Part shown: piece by piece, positions 20,162 through 28,613 of the stretch
Layout of the letters: each line of letters opens with the position of its first letter
Position numbering within the stretch: the stretch's first letter is position 1
Source: Deltaproteobacteria bacterium
Lineage (GTDB): Bacteria > Desulfobacterota > DSM-4660 > Desulfatiglandales > B25-G16
Direction of reading: 5' to 3'
DNA: 36,882 nucleotides
Assembly: GCA_018400255.1 (NCBI GenBank)
Contig: JAGYMO010000362.1
Coordinates: forward strand, 1 to 36,882
Notes under the pieces: generated by a model
Seen by the model: only the letters and a program-made list of their open reading frames with translations
Database searches by the model: none
What the model was told of the DNA's origin: nothing
Position numbers and translations under genes: made by a program

Positions 20162-21430
20162 TTATTCAAGATTGCCTTCCATTGATCCCAATCGCTCTAT
20201 CCTTTCAACTGGAGCAGGATGAGAGTAATTAAACCAGGAATAAATTCTATGAGGAACAAGATTAGATAAGTTTTCAGCGCTAAGTTTTGTTAATGCATTT
20301 ATCATTGAGCTTACATCGCCAGTTAGTGATACACCAACAGTATCCGCCTCTTTTTCAAACTTTCTGGATATGGCCGAACCAATGGGGCTTAAAAAATAAA
20401 TAATGGGAGATAAAAGGGTTGGTACTAAAAATAGGCCTACGTATGATGATTGCTCTTTAACAAGGCCAAATGTTTGGTATATAAGGTTCCAGTCCATTAA
20501 CCTTGCAACAATTAACAGTCCAAAGAAGGATAAGATCTCCATCAAGATCAATTGCTTTATAATATGCTTTTTAACCCAATGGCCTGTTTCATGGGCCAGG
20601 ATTGACAATATTTCATCATCCGGGTGGGATTTTAGAAGAGTGTCAAAAAGCACAATTCTTTTTGTTTTACCTAACCCCGTAAAGTATGCGTTTGTGTGTT
20701 TACTTCTAATCCCGGCATCCATCTGGAAAACACCACTTACCCCAAGGCCTGCCTTTGACATAAGGTTTACGATTTTGCCCTTAAGTTCTTCATTTGTGAT
20801 TGGTTCAAATTTGTTAAAAATAGGTGCAATAACAACCGGGTATAACCACATTATAATCAATTCAAAGACTGATAAAAGTATCCATGCAAAGAACCACCAG
20901 TAATTTTGCATATATCGTAATAACAGCAGGAGAAAAAGTAGTACAAGTTCGCCGAGGACAAAAGATAACCCAATGCCTTTGAATAGGTCACGTGCCCATA
21001 GCTTCACGGTCTTGGTATTAAAACCATGTCTGTCTTCTATTACAAAGGTATGGTAAATAGAAAAAGGTATATCGAAAAGGTTAGATATAACTGCAAGTGC
21101 AGCAAAGAATAGCAGGCCCTCCAATATAAAACTTATGTTCCATGATTTGATTAGTTCCACTAACCACGGAAGAAACCCTGTGAGCAATATCAAGAGTATT
21201 AATATCTCGTCGAATATTTGAGAGATAATCTCGAATTTAGTAGAATCAGATGTATATCTCGCAATTTGATAAAATTTGCCTTTATCAATGGTATTTTTAA
21301 ATACTCTGGGGACTTCATCTGCATTGCGATTCAAGTGAGAGATATTTAAAATATCCAAACCTAGCTTAAATAATGATCGGAAAATGAATATGGAAAGGTA
21401 TGTTATAAGCAGTATATTAAATTGGATCAT
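20162..21430 (-). CDS. M48 family zinc metalloprotease (Ste24/HtpX-like, multi-TM)
   Basis: 422-aa ORF with several N-terminal TM helices, an HETGHW (HExxH) zinc site and a C-terminal SHPAPVERI motif. Confidence 0.85.
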   Translation of the reverse strand: MIQFNILLITYLSIFIFRSLFKLGLDILNISHLNRNADEVPRVFKNTIDKGKFYQIARYTSDSTKFEIISQIFDEILILLILLTGFLPWLVELIKSWNISFILEGLLFFAALAVISNLFDIPFSIYHTFVIEDRHGFNTKTVKLWARDLFKGIGLSFVLGELVLLFLLLLLRYMQNYWWFFAWILLSVFELIIMWLYPVVIAPIFNKFEPITNEELKGKIVNLMSKAGLGVSGVFQMDAGIRSKHTNAYFTGLGKTKRIVLFDTLLKSHPDDEILSILAHETGHWVKKHIIKQLILMEILSFFGLLIVARLMDWNLIYQTFGLVKEQSSYVGLFLVPTLLSPIIYFLSPIGSAISRKFEKEADTVGVSLTGDVSSMINALTKLSAENLSNLVPHRIYSWFNYSHPAPVERIERLGSMEGNLE

Positions 21431-21606
21431 AGGTATCTAACAAATCCTTTGTATAAATTGATTGGAAATAGTTCAGCCACTGAGACTCTATAGATTAGTA
21501 ATATTCTATTAAATGAAATGCGGGATGTAAAATTTTAAGATGTAGTTTTTTTCTTGCAGAGAGATTTTAATTGATATTTTTTCTTTGTATTTTAGTGACT
21601 TGGTGG

Positions 21607-22263
21607 CTATAGAAATTGACCTTTCGAGCGAATTCCTTCTTCGCAAAAATCTATGATTTTGCATTCATTATGCCGTGGTTTTCTCGCTGTGCAAATTGCC
21701 CTCCCATGAGATATTAAAAGATTAGAGAATAATCTCCACTGCTCTTTTGGAATAATCTCCATTAGGTCAAACTCCACTTTGGTTGCATCCTTTTTATCAG
21801 TCAGACCTATCCGATTGCTTAGCCGAAGAACATGGGTGTCGACTATAATCGCAGGAATGTTGTACGCCTCTGCAAGTACAACATTAGCCGTTTTTCTGCC
21901 AATCCCAGGCAGTGATACCATATCATCAAGGTTTGAGGGCACGTTCCCATGGTATTTATCAACCAAAATATTGCAAAATGCCTTTATCGATTTGGCCTTG
22001 TTTCGAAAGAAACCTGTGGGTTTAATGTCAAATTCTAATTCGCTTAGGTTTACCTGGGCATAATCTTTTGCACTATGGTATTTTTGAAATAAATCCTTGG
22101 TTACTTCATTTACCCTTTTATCAGTGCACTGCGCGGAAAGCACTGTAGATATTAGAAGTTCTAATGGGTTTTGAAAAACAAGGGCAGTCTTAGTATCCGG
22201 ATATTCTTTTTCGAGGATGGCTATTATGATTTTCACCTTGTTTTGTAGATTGTCCTTTGTCAT
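21607..22263 (-). CDS. nth: endonuclease III (HhH-GPD DNA glycosylase)
   Basis: 218-aa ORF with helix-hairpin-helix LPGIGRKTANVV, a catalytic Lys/Asp region and a C-terminal Fe-S loop (here C-X6-H-X2-C-X5-C). Confidence 0.9.
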   Translation of the reverse strand: MTKDNLQNKVKIIIAILEKEYPDTKTALVFQNPLELLISTVLSAQCTDKRVNEVTKDLFQKYHSAKDYAQVNLSELEFDIKPTGFFRNKAKSIKAFCNILVDKYHGNVPSNLDDMVSLPGIGRKTANVVLAEAYNIPAIIVDTHVLRLSNRIGLTDKKDATKVEFDLMEIIPKEQWRLFSNLLISHGRAICTARKPRHNECKIIDFCEEGIRSKGQFL

Positions 22264-22281
22264 TCTTTATTCTTCAGGTTA

Positions 22282-22872
22282 TTATAATCCATTTTCTTCA
22301 AAACGTTCCCCTTTCCAAACATTGGCACCTCTGTGATAACCTTTTTCTTCCCAGTATCCGGGTACATCCTTATCTATGATAGTAATTTCGGATACCCACT
22401 TAACGCTTTTGTAAGCATAAAGGTCAGGAATTATGAGTCGCAGAGGATAACCATGGTCCGAGCTAAGCGGCATTCCATTAGCTTCCCATACGAGAAGTGT
22501 GTCTGGCCTTAAAAGGTTTTCCAGTTTAAGATCTGTTTTATAACCACCAAGGCTGGATACTACAACATGCGTCGCCTTTTTAAAAGGTTTTGCTAACTCA
22601 AGAATCAATGTTACAGGAACCCCTTTCCATCGAATATTAGGTATACTCCATGTCTCCACGCAATGAAAATCTCTAACAATTTCAATTGATTTAAGACTCT
22701 TAACCTCCTGCATGCTCAGAGTTAATGATTTATCAACCATGCCAGAAATTGTTAAAGACAAGGAGCCTGAGTCCTCCTCAGGTCCTGATTCAACAGTCCT
22801 TACAGGCCACTTCTTGATCCATTTTTGGCCGACTGGCAGGTCTCCTGGGTTTTTGAAAGTGTTCTTTGTCAA
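22282..22872 (-). CDS. molybdopterin-dependent oxidoreductase, sulfite-oxidase/YedY-fold domain only
   Basis: 196-aa ORF with an FHCVETWS motif (Mo-ligand Cys context of the YedY/MsrP-like family). No signal peptide is evident. Confidence 0.8.
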   Translation of the reverse strand: MTKNTFKNPGDLPVGQKWIKKWPVRTVESGPEEDSGSLSLTISGMVDKSLTLSMQEVKSLKSIEIVRDFHCVETWSIPNIRWKGVPVTLILELAKPFKKATHVVVSSLGGYKTDLKLENLLRPDTLLVWEANGMPLSSDHGYPLRLIIPDLYAYKSVKWVSEITIIDKDVPGYWEEKGYHRGANVWKGERFEENGL

Positions 22873-22905
22873 TTTAAAAACCTCATAATTTTGTAGTAAA
22901 AGATA

Positions 22906-23832
22906 TTAAACCTCCCATTGATACTCTATAGCCTTAATTATTCTAAAGAGTGTGTCATTTAAAGGTGTTGGAATGTCGTATTTTTTACCAAGCTCGATTA
23001 CCTTACCAGCAAACATCTCGACCTCTGTCTTTCTTCTCGCCTCGAAATCCTGGAGCATTGATGTTTTTCCCTCTGGAGGCTGATTGGACAGGAAGGTATA
23101 CCACTCATCTATATCTTTATCGTAGAGGTGAATCCCTCTAAATTTAGCTATTGATATTACTTCCTGCATAGCTTCCTCCATAAGTTCCTTTGCCTCCTTG
23201 GATTTCTGAAAAATACCATAATTTGCTCCAAGAACGGCGGACACCTGGTTTATCCCTGTATTAATCATAAACTTCCACCACAGGGTTCGTATCATATCCT
23301 TTGGTGTTTCATAAATTATTCCAAACGTATCAAAAAGGGATTGAACAGCCTTAACTTTTTCTGAAATATGTGTATTGTTTTTTTCCCCAAAAAAGAGCTT
23401 TCCCGTGGGGGAAAAATTTATGCAATTTTTTTCTTTCACAGCGCTAATCCCAACTACAATAGCATATAATATCTTTTCCTTACCATAAACTGAGGCTATC
23501 TGCTCCTCGCTCTCAATGCCATTCATGATAGAGAGGATTAATGTCTTTTCACCAACAAAATTATATATATCTCTTATTGCATCTGGCAAGTCATGATGTT
23601 TTACGGCAATTATTATGAGATCAGAGAGCTGGTCTTTTTCAGCTGGTCTTAGTAATTTCGGAAAATATTGTTTTCCGTTTATGATAAGACCATGCTCGCT
23701 AAGTCTATTATAGCGGTCACCTTTTGCAACAACGGACACACAGTCTTTGTCCTTCGCATAGAAGAGGCTCATATAAGAGGCACCCATGGCGCCTGCACCG
23801 ATAAATAATATTTTTTTTATAGGAGGAAACAA
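22906..23832 (-). CDS. panE: 2-dehydropantoate 2-reductase (ketopantoate reductase)
   Basis: 308-aa ORF with FIGAGAMG Rossmann start and an ApbA/PanE N- and C-domain layout. Confidence 0.85.
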   Translation of the reverse strand: MFPPIKKILFIGAGAMGASYMSLFYAKDKDCVSVVAKGDRYNRLSEHGLIINGKQYFPKLLRPAEKDQLSDLIIIAVKHHDLPDAIRDIYNFVGEKTLILSIMNGIESEEQIASVYGKEKILYAIVVGISAVKEKNCINFSPTGKLFFGEKNNTHISEKVKAVQSLFDTFGIIYETPKDMIRTLWWKFMINTGINQVSAVLGANYGIFQKSKEAKELMEEAMQEVISIAKFRGIHLYDKDIDEWYTFLSNQPPEGKTSMLQDFEARRKTEVEMFAGKVIELGKKYDIPTPLNDTLFRIIKAIEYQWEV

Positions 23833-23933
23833 TGGTAAGCTCCTTTATAACAAATCTGCAATTATTTAAAAAAATACACGGTATATTTAAAAAAGGCAAA
23901 TATTTTCAAAATTTATTTATGAAGGACATACCC

Positions 23934-24281
23934 TTATAATTCAGGCACATTTATTCCTAATGAGTCTTCAAGCCATTTGGCTACTAATCTTCTGTGGCAG
24001 AAACTTCCTGATGGTTCGTGGCATAGGAGTATTTTTCCGTCAAGCTCTTTATATACGCTTGTTGGATTTAGCTTACTCAATGTTTCACTGTAATATCTCT
24101 GGGAATATTCATCCTTTGTTAAATTTCCTGCCCTCCAGTCTCTAAGCAGAGAAAGAGATGGCAGAAGAGCTTCATATTTCCTAAATCTATAGCCTTTCAT
24201 TGGCCAGGGGAAGTCACTTCTTGCAATACTTACAATATTTGGAAGGCCTTTTGCTTTTTTAAAATAACTGGTCTTGATCAT
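23934..24281 (-). CDS. DUF488 family protein
   Basis: 115-aa ORF. The TSYF...LLCHE...FCHRRLVAKWL pattern is typical of short DUF488 proteins. Confidence 0.7.
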   Translation of the reverse strand: MIKTSYFKKAKGLPNIVSIARSDFPWPMKGYRFRKYEALLPSLSLLRDWRAGNLTKDEYSQRYYSETLSKLNPTSVYKELDGKILLCHEPSGSFCHRRLVAKWLEDSLGINVPEL

Positions 24282-24493
24282 AGTTTTTATCTGCTAGTGT
24301 TTTTATATGGTAAAATAACGGGCTGGAAATTAAGAACCAATATTTTATTCATATATAAAGGTGCTTAAATTAATGAGGAGTATTTTCTCAATTCAGTGCT
24401 CTCTAGAATCCTTTACAGAACCTATAATATGTGTTATTGAATATAACGATTTAAAGGATTTTAGGACAATAAATAATTTATTTCATAAAGGAA

Positions 24494-24871
24494 ATGGTAG
24501 GGAGATTAATATTCTTTTTTTTGTTTTTGATATTCACACTTTCTTGTGCTCCCCCCATAAGGACTGACCGAGAATTGACAAGTGGATTTAACCCACTTTT
24601 ATCAGCTATAAGTTTTTACCGAGAAAAGCTGAATCATCTGTCAGCGGTTAAGGCTTCAGAGTGCCCAATGTTCCCATCTTGTTCCAGCTATAGCATACAA
24701 AGCTTTGAAAAACATGGTTTTTTTATTGGATGGGTAATGACTTGTGATCGTCTAATGAGATGTGGGCGTGATGAACTACGACTAAGCCCGGAAGTTAATG
24801 TTAATGGCCAATGGAAATGTTATGACCCCGTGGAGAGAAATGACTTTTGGTGGTATGAAGAAAAAAATTGA
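24494..24871 (+). CDS. YidD-like (DUF37, membrane protein insertion efficiency factor family) with N-terminal hydrophobic extension
   Basis: 125-aa ORF. The CPMFPSCSSYSIQSFEKHGFFIGWVMTCDRLMRCG core matches the YidD motif. It is preceded by a signal/anchor-like LIFFFLFLIFTLSC. Confidence 0.7.
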   Translation: MVGRLIFFFLFLIFTLSCAPPIRTDRELTSGFNPLLSAISFYREKLNHLSAVKASECPMFPSCSSYSIQSFEKHGFFIGWVMTCDRLMRCGRDELRLSPEVNVNGQWKCYDPVERNDFWWYEEKN

Positions 24872-24913
24872 TAGTTTAGACCTAATTAAGTTAAGAAGTA
24901 GGGGGGCAGAATA

Positions 24914-25498
24914 ATGGTAGAAAAAATTCCAACAAGAGAGGAAGCATTGGCAATCCTCAAAGAATACAATAAAAGTGGCAGTTTATTAAAACATGCATAC
25001 AGCGTAGAGGGGGTGATGCGCTATATTGCAAGGAAGCGTGGGGAAGATGAGGAGAAATGGGGTATTGTGGGTTTAATGCATGATCTTGACTATGAACAAT
25101 TCCCGGAGCAACACTGTACAAAGACAAAGGAAATTTTAGAAGGGTATAGTTGGCCAGAGGAATACATAAGGGCTGTAGTCTCTCATGGCTGGGGAATATG
25201 CTCGGATGTAAAGCCCGAAAGTACTATGGAAAAAACCCTCTACGCGATTGATGAACTTACGGGCCTAATTACGGCAAATGCTATGGTGCGTCCATCAAAA
25301 AGTGTTATGGATATGACTGTAAAATCTGTTAAGAAAAAATGGAAGTCACCTTCTTTTGCAGCAGGCGTAGACCGAGAGATAATACAGAAAGGGGCAGGAA
25401 TGCTCGGTGTTAGCATTGAGGAGATCATCGAGGACACTATAATGGGAATGAGGGAAGTTGCTGATTCTATAGGATTAAAAGGCAACATTGAAGCATAA
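24914..25498 (+). CDS. HD-domain metal-dependent phosphohydrolase
   Basis: 194-aa ORF with H...HD motif (LLKHAYSV ... GLMHDLDY). GGGGGG ribosome site 7 nt upstream. Confidence 0.8.
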   Translation: MVEKIPTREEALAILKEYNKSGSLLKHAYSVEGVMRYIARKRGEDEEKWGIVGLMHDLDYEQFPEQHCTKTKEILEGYSWPEEYIRAVVSHGWGICSDVKPESTMEKTLYAIDELTGLITANAMVRPSKSVMDMTVKSVKKKWKSPSFAAGVDREIIQKGAGMLGVSIEEIIEDTIMGMREVADSIGLKGNIEA

Positions 25499-25804
25499 AT
25501 TCTTGAAGATATTAATAGGGTTTTTTTATGATCATGCTCTTGGATTGGAAAAATGAACTCGTTTTTCTGATCTCATAGAGGGTTCCATGGGCTAACACTG
25601 GCCTAAAAAATATAGCTAAATAGCTGAGCTGGCTGGAAAATAAGTAGAAAAAATTTTATATTTTTTTGCAGATTTGACTATTTTTATGAAATTGTGTTAG
25701 ATGTATACACGATTTGGCATCAAAGTTCATTAGCTAAAAAAATTGAGGCACTTACTATCTGACTGAAATCAGTGTATACTGCAAAAGCTAAGTATTAAAT
25801 CTGA

Positions 25805-26707
25805 ATGCAAGGAATATTAAGCCTCTTAATTATGAATAGGTCATTAGAAAGAGAAGAAAATTTTAAAAAATCTATGGAAGAATTGGGAGTCAGGTCAGCC
25901 GGATTATCTGACACGGGTCGAAAGAGGGAGATAAATGAGGATTATTATGAAAATGATAATTCTCTTGGGCTATATGTGGTAGCTGATGGAATGGGTGGGC
26001 ATCTAGCTGGAGATGTAGCTAGTAAGTTTGCCGTAAACATCATACAAAAATATTTTAGGCAGCTTAGAACAGAAAATACCCCCCTTGATGAGCTTTTTGG
26101 GCTACCGGAAAGTTCACTCAGCCTGTGGGGTAACTATGTACTTGCCAGCGTAAAGCTTGCAAATAGAATTTTATATGATATGTCTCAGGAATACCCTCGA
26201 TATAAGGGTATGGGAACGACTATAGCTGTAATTGCTTTAATGAATTCTGCCGTAATCGCAGCGAATGTGGGCGACAGTAAAATTTACCTTATCAGAGGCG
26301 ATACAATGGAGCCTCTTTCAAAGAGCCATACAATGATGGCAGAGCAGTTAGAGTTGGGGTTGATATCGAGCGAGGAGGCAAAAACCTCGCCTTTAAGGCA
26401 TATAATAACAAGAAGCCTTGGGTCTTGCAGTGATGTTGAAGTAGATGTATTTGAAATCGAGACGATGGCAGGTGATTCCTTTCTGCTCTGCACAGATGGC
26501 CTTACAGATCTTGTTACAGATAAAGATATACTCAATATTGTAAAAAATGGGGATGAGCAGGAATCAATTTGCAGCAAGTTAGTATCAGAGGCCAACAATA
26601 GAGGGGGGATAGACAATATAACCGTATCTTTCATATCACTAAATGGAGTCATTTCAAGGAAAAAAGGTATTGTAGGAAAATTTTTTCAATTCTTTAACAG
26701 GCACTAA
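25805..26707 (+). CDS. PP2C-family Ser/Thr protein phosphatase
   Basis: GLSDTGRKREINED, VADGMGGH and LCTDGL..., DNITV motifs. The true start may be an internal Met (25832 or 25874). Confidence 0.85.
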   Translation: MQGILSLLIMNRSLEREENFKKSMEELGVRSAGLSDTGRKREINEDYYENDNSLGLYVVADGMGGHLAGDVASKFAVNIIQKYFRQLRTENTPLDELFGLPESSLSLWGNYVLASVKLANRILYDMSQEYPRYKGMGTTIAVIALMNSAVIAANVGDSKIYLIRGDTMEPLSKSHTMMAEQLELGLISSEEAKTSPLRHIITRSLGSCSDVEVDVFEIETMAGDSFLLCTDGLTDLVTDKDILNIVKNGDEQESICSKLVSEANNRGGIDNITVSFISLNGVISRKKGIVGKFFQFFNRH

Positions 26708-26756
26708 CTAAGTTTTCATTATTTATGAACTAACAAATAAAAAAAGGGACTTAATT

Positions 26757-27479
26757 ATGGCGCGGGTAATACTAATATTTAAGAAAAACGTGATTAAAGA
26801 CTACCCCTTTGTAGATGAAAGTTTGAATATTGGAAGAGATAAAGGGAACGATATTGTAATTGATAATCTTATAGTGTCTAGTTTTCATGCAAGAATAGAT
26901 AAAGTTGGAGATTCTTATATACTTACTGATTTGCAGAGCACCAACGGGACCTTTGTTAATAAAAAGAAGGTGATTTCCTGTAAACTTAAACATAAGGATA
27001 AGATAACAATAGGCAAACACCTGCTTTTTTTTGCCATGTCTAAAAAGGAGCAATTGGAGGCTGAAGAGGAAGATATGGATCAGACGATGATTATTGATTC
27101 AAGTATTCGTAAAAATCTTTTAGCTAAAAAAACAGGAGACAGCGAAGAAGTGATGCCAAAAAAAGAAGAGAAAATTGGCATTATTAGTTTTTTAGATGCA
27201 TCTGACATGGAAGATATTGAGCTTAATAAAAAATTGATCAGGATAGGAAAGGCAAAAACTTCCGAGATACAGCTTAAAGGATTTTTTATACCTCTGACCG
27301 CAGCAGCTATAAGCAGAAGACCTAATGGGTATGTTATCACATCCACAAGTGATAAAATAAAGGTGAAGGTAAATGGCAAGGTAATAGAAGAAAGTCATTA
27401 TCTAAAAGATTTTGATACAATTGATATAGGATCTCATAAACTTCAATTCTACACAAAAGATAGTGAAGATATAAAATAG
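26757..27479 (+). CDS. FHA-domain protein (N-terminal canonical FHA, C-terminal degenerate FHA-like domain)
   Basis: 240-aa ORF with N-terminal GR...SSFHA...STNGTFVN pThr-binding signature. The C-terminal 90 aa repeat the FHA beta pattern (IRIGKA...VNGKV...IDIGSHKLQF) without the signature residues. Confidence 0.85.
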   Translation: MARVILIFKKNVIKDYPFVDESLNIGRDKGNDIVIDNLIVSSFHARIDKVGDSYILTDLQSTNGTFVNKKKVISCKLKHKDKITIGKHLLFFAMSKKEQLEAEEEDMDQTMIIDSSIRKNLLAKKTGDSEEVMPKKEEKIGIISFLDASDMEDIELNKKLIRIGKAKTSEIQLKGFFIPLTAAAISRRPNGYVITSTSDKIKVKVNGKVIEESHYLKDFDTIDIGSHKLQFYTKDSEDIK

Positions 27480-27580
27480 TTAAATACCCAATAGATTTGT
27501 TATTATAAGTAATGTTTTGATTTTTCTTAATAACAATCAATCTTAATAATTATCTCTGCTACCTATCAACCATTAAGATT

Positions 27581-27603
27581 TAGCCTAAATCAAGGCTATT
27601 TTA
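27581..27603 (+). terminator. putative terminator after the FHA gene
   Basis: TAGCCT-aaatca-AGGCTA followed by TTTT. A short stem, hence moderate confidence. Confidence 0.45.
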
Positions 27604-27666
27604 CTATTCTATGCAGGTTCAAGTCTAAATTTCTCATACTCTTTAAAAATGTAGCAAGAATACCTC

Positions 27667-27694
27667 TTGAATTAATAACGATAATGATTATCAT
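27667..27694 (+). promoter_or_regulatory. sigma-70-type promoter candidate for hsp20
   Basis: TTGAAT - 16 nt - TATCAT, about 50 nt upstream of the hsp20 ATG. The -10 element lies inside the palindrome listed below. Confidence 0.4.
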
Positions 27695-27698
27695 TATG
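27680..27698. promoter_or_regulatory. Fur-box-like palindromic operator
   Basis: GATAATGATTATCATTATG matches the classical Fur box GATAATGATAATCATTATC at 17 of 19 positions. The core ATAATGAT-T-ATCATTAT is a perfect 8-1-8 inverted repeat. Confidence 0.55.
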
Positions 27699-27745
27699 AT
27701 ACATGATACAATGAAGTTGATATTAATAGAAAGGAGGTAAATAAA

Positions 27746-28192
27746 ATGACAAGAATGTTAGATTTGATACCAAGGACTAGGGAATTAATGCCGTTTATAC
27801 CGGATTCGTTAGTGTTTGATAGGTTTTTTGATGACTTATTTTACGACAATAAAATAATACCTGCATTTGATATATCGGAGACGGACAAAGAGTATCTTAT
27901 AACAGCTGAAGTTCCTGGTATAGATGTTAAAGATATTGATATTACCCTGTCGAATGGCATACTTTCAATAAAGGGTGAAAAAAAGAAGGAAGATGAATCT
28001 AAGGAGACAAATTATCATTGCATAGAAAGACATTATGGTTCATTTGAACGTAGATTTAGAATTCCTGAGTCGGTAAAAACAGATAAATTGGATGCTATAT
28101 ACAATAAGGGAATATTGAAACTTTCGCTTCCAAAATCCGGCAAGGCAAAGGCGAGACAGATAGAAGTGAGAAAAGAAGGTAAAACTAAGTAA
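27746..28192 (+). CDS. Hsp20/alpha-crystallin small heat-shock protein
   Basis: 148-aa ORF with an alpha-crystallin domain (PAFDISETDKEYLITAEVPG...GILKLSLPK). AAAGGAGG ribosome site and a strong terminator downstream. Confidence 0.9.
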   Translation: MTRMLDLIPRTRELMPFIPDSLVFDRFFDDLFYDNKIIPAFDISETDKEYLITAEVPGIDVKDIDITLSNGILSIKGEKKKEDESKETNYHCIERHYGSFERRFRIPESVKTDKLDAIYNKGILKLSLPKSGKAKARQIEVRKEGKTK

Positions 28193-28219
28193 TTAAAAAT
28201 AGTTAATGTATCTACAATA

Positions 28220-28261
28220 GGGCGTCGCCTAAAGAATAGTTAAGGGTGACGCCCTTTTTTT
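28220..28261 (+). terminator. intrinsic terminator after hsp20
   Basis: GC-rich stem GGGCGTCGCC / GGTGACGCCC (one G-U pair) followed by T8. Confidence 0.85.
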
Positions 28262-28613
28262 GCTCGTAAATTAAGAATTTGTCATACTGCCGTTCATTTG
28301 AGTTAAAACTTTTGATTTAATTTGACGAAAGTTATGTATGGGCTTATATAAAAATGTGATTTACTAGGCACTGTTTAAACCTTAAATCTTTGGAATTAGA
28401 GAAAATAGCGAAAGGTCAAAGAACGTCGGTTAAAAATAATATAGACCATTTCTAACTTGGAAAATTCTCAGGTTAGCAACTATAGGGGTTGACTTTTTAG
28501 GGGAGTTTCAAAGAATAAGAAATAATCTTTGTATAATTCTGCTCTACTATATTTACAGGTATATATATCTTTCTATTTATTTATATGGATTGAAATCTAA
28601 AGGAGGCCATTGC

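Noticed and set aside
25715-25730. Sigma-54 promoter-like TGGCAT-caaag-TTCAT upstream of the PP2C gene. Similar GGCACGgtttTTCA occurs at 4081-4096, and TGGCA-containing strings occur at 11444 and 16193.
   Set aside because: The invariant -12 GC is missing (TC, CA or TT instead) in every case. The site at 4081 also points away from any gene. None meets the GG-N10-GC rule.
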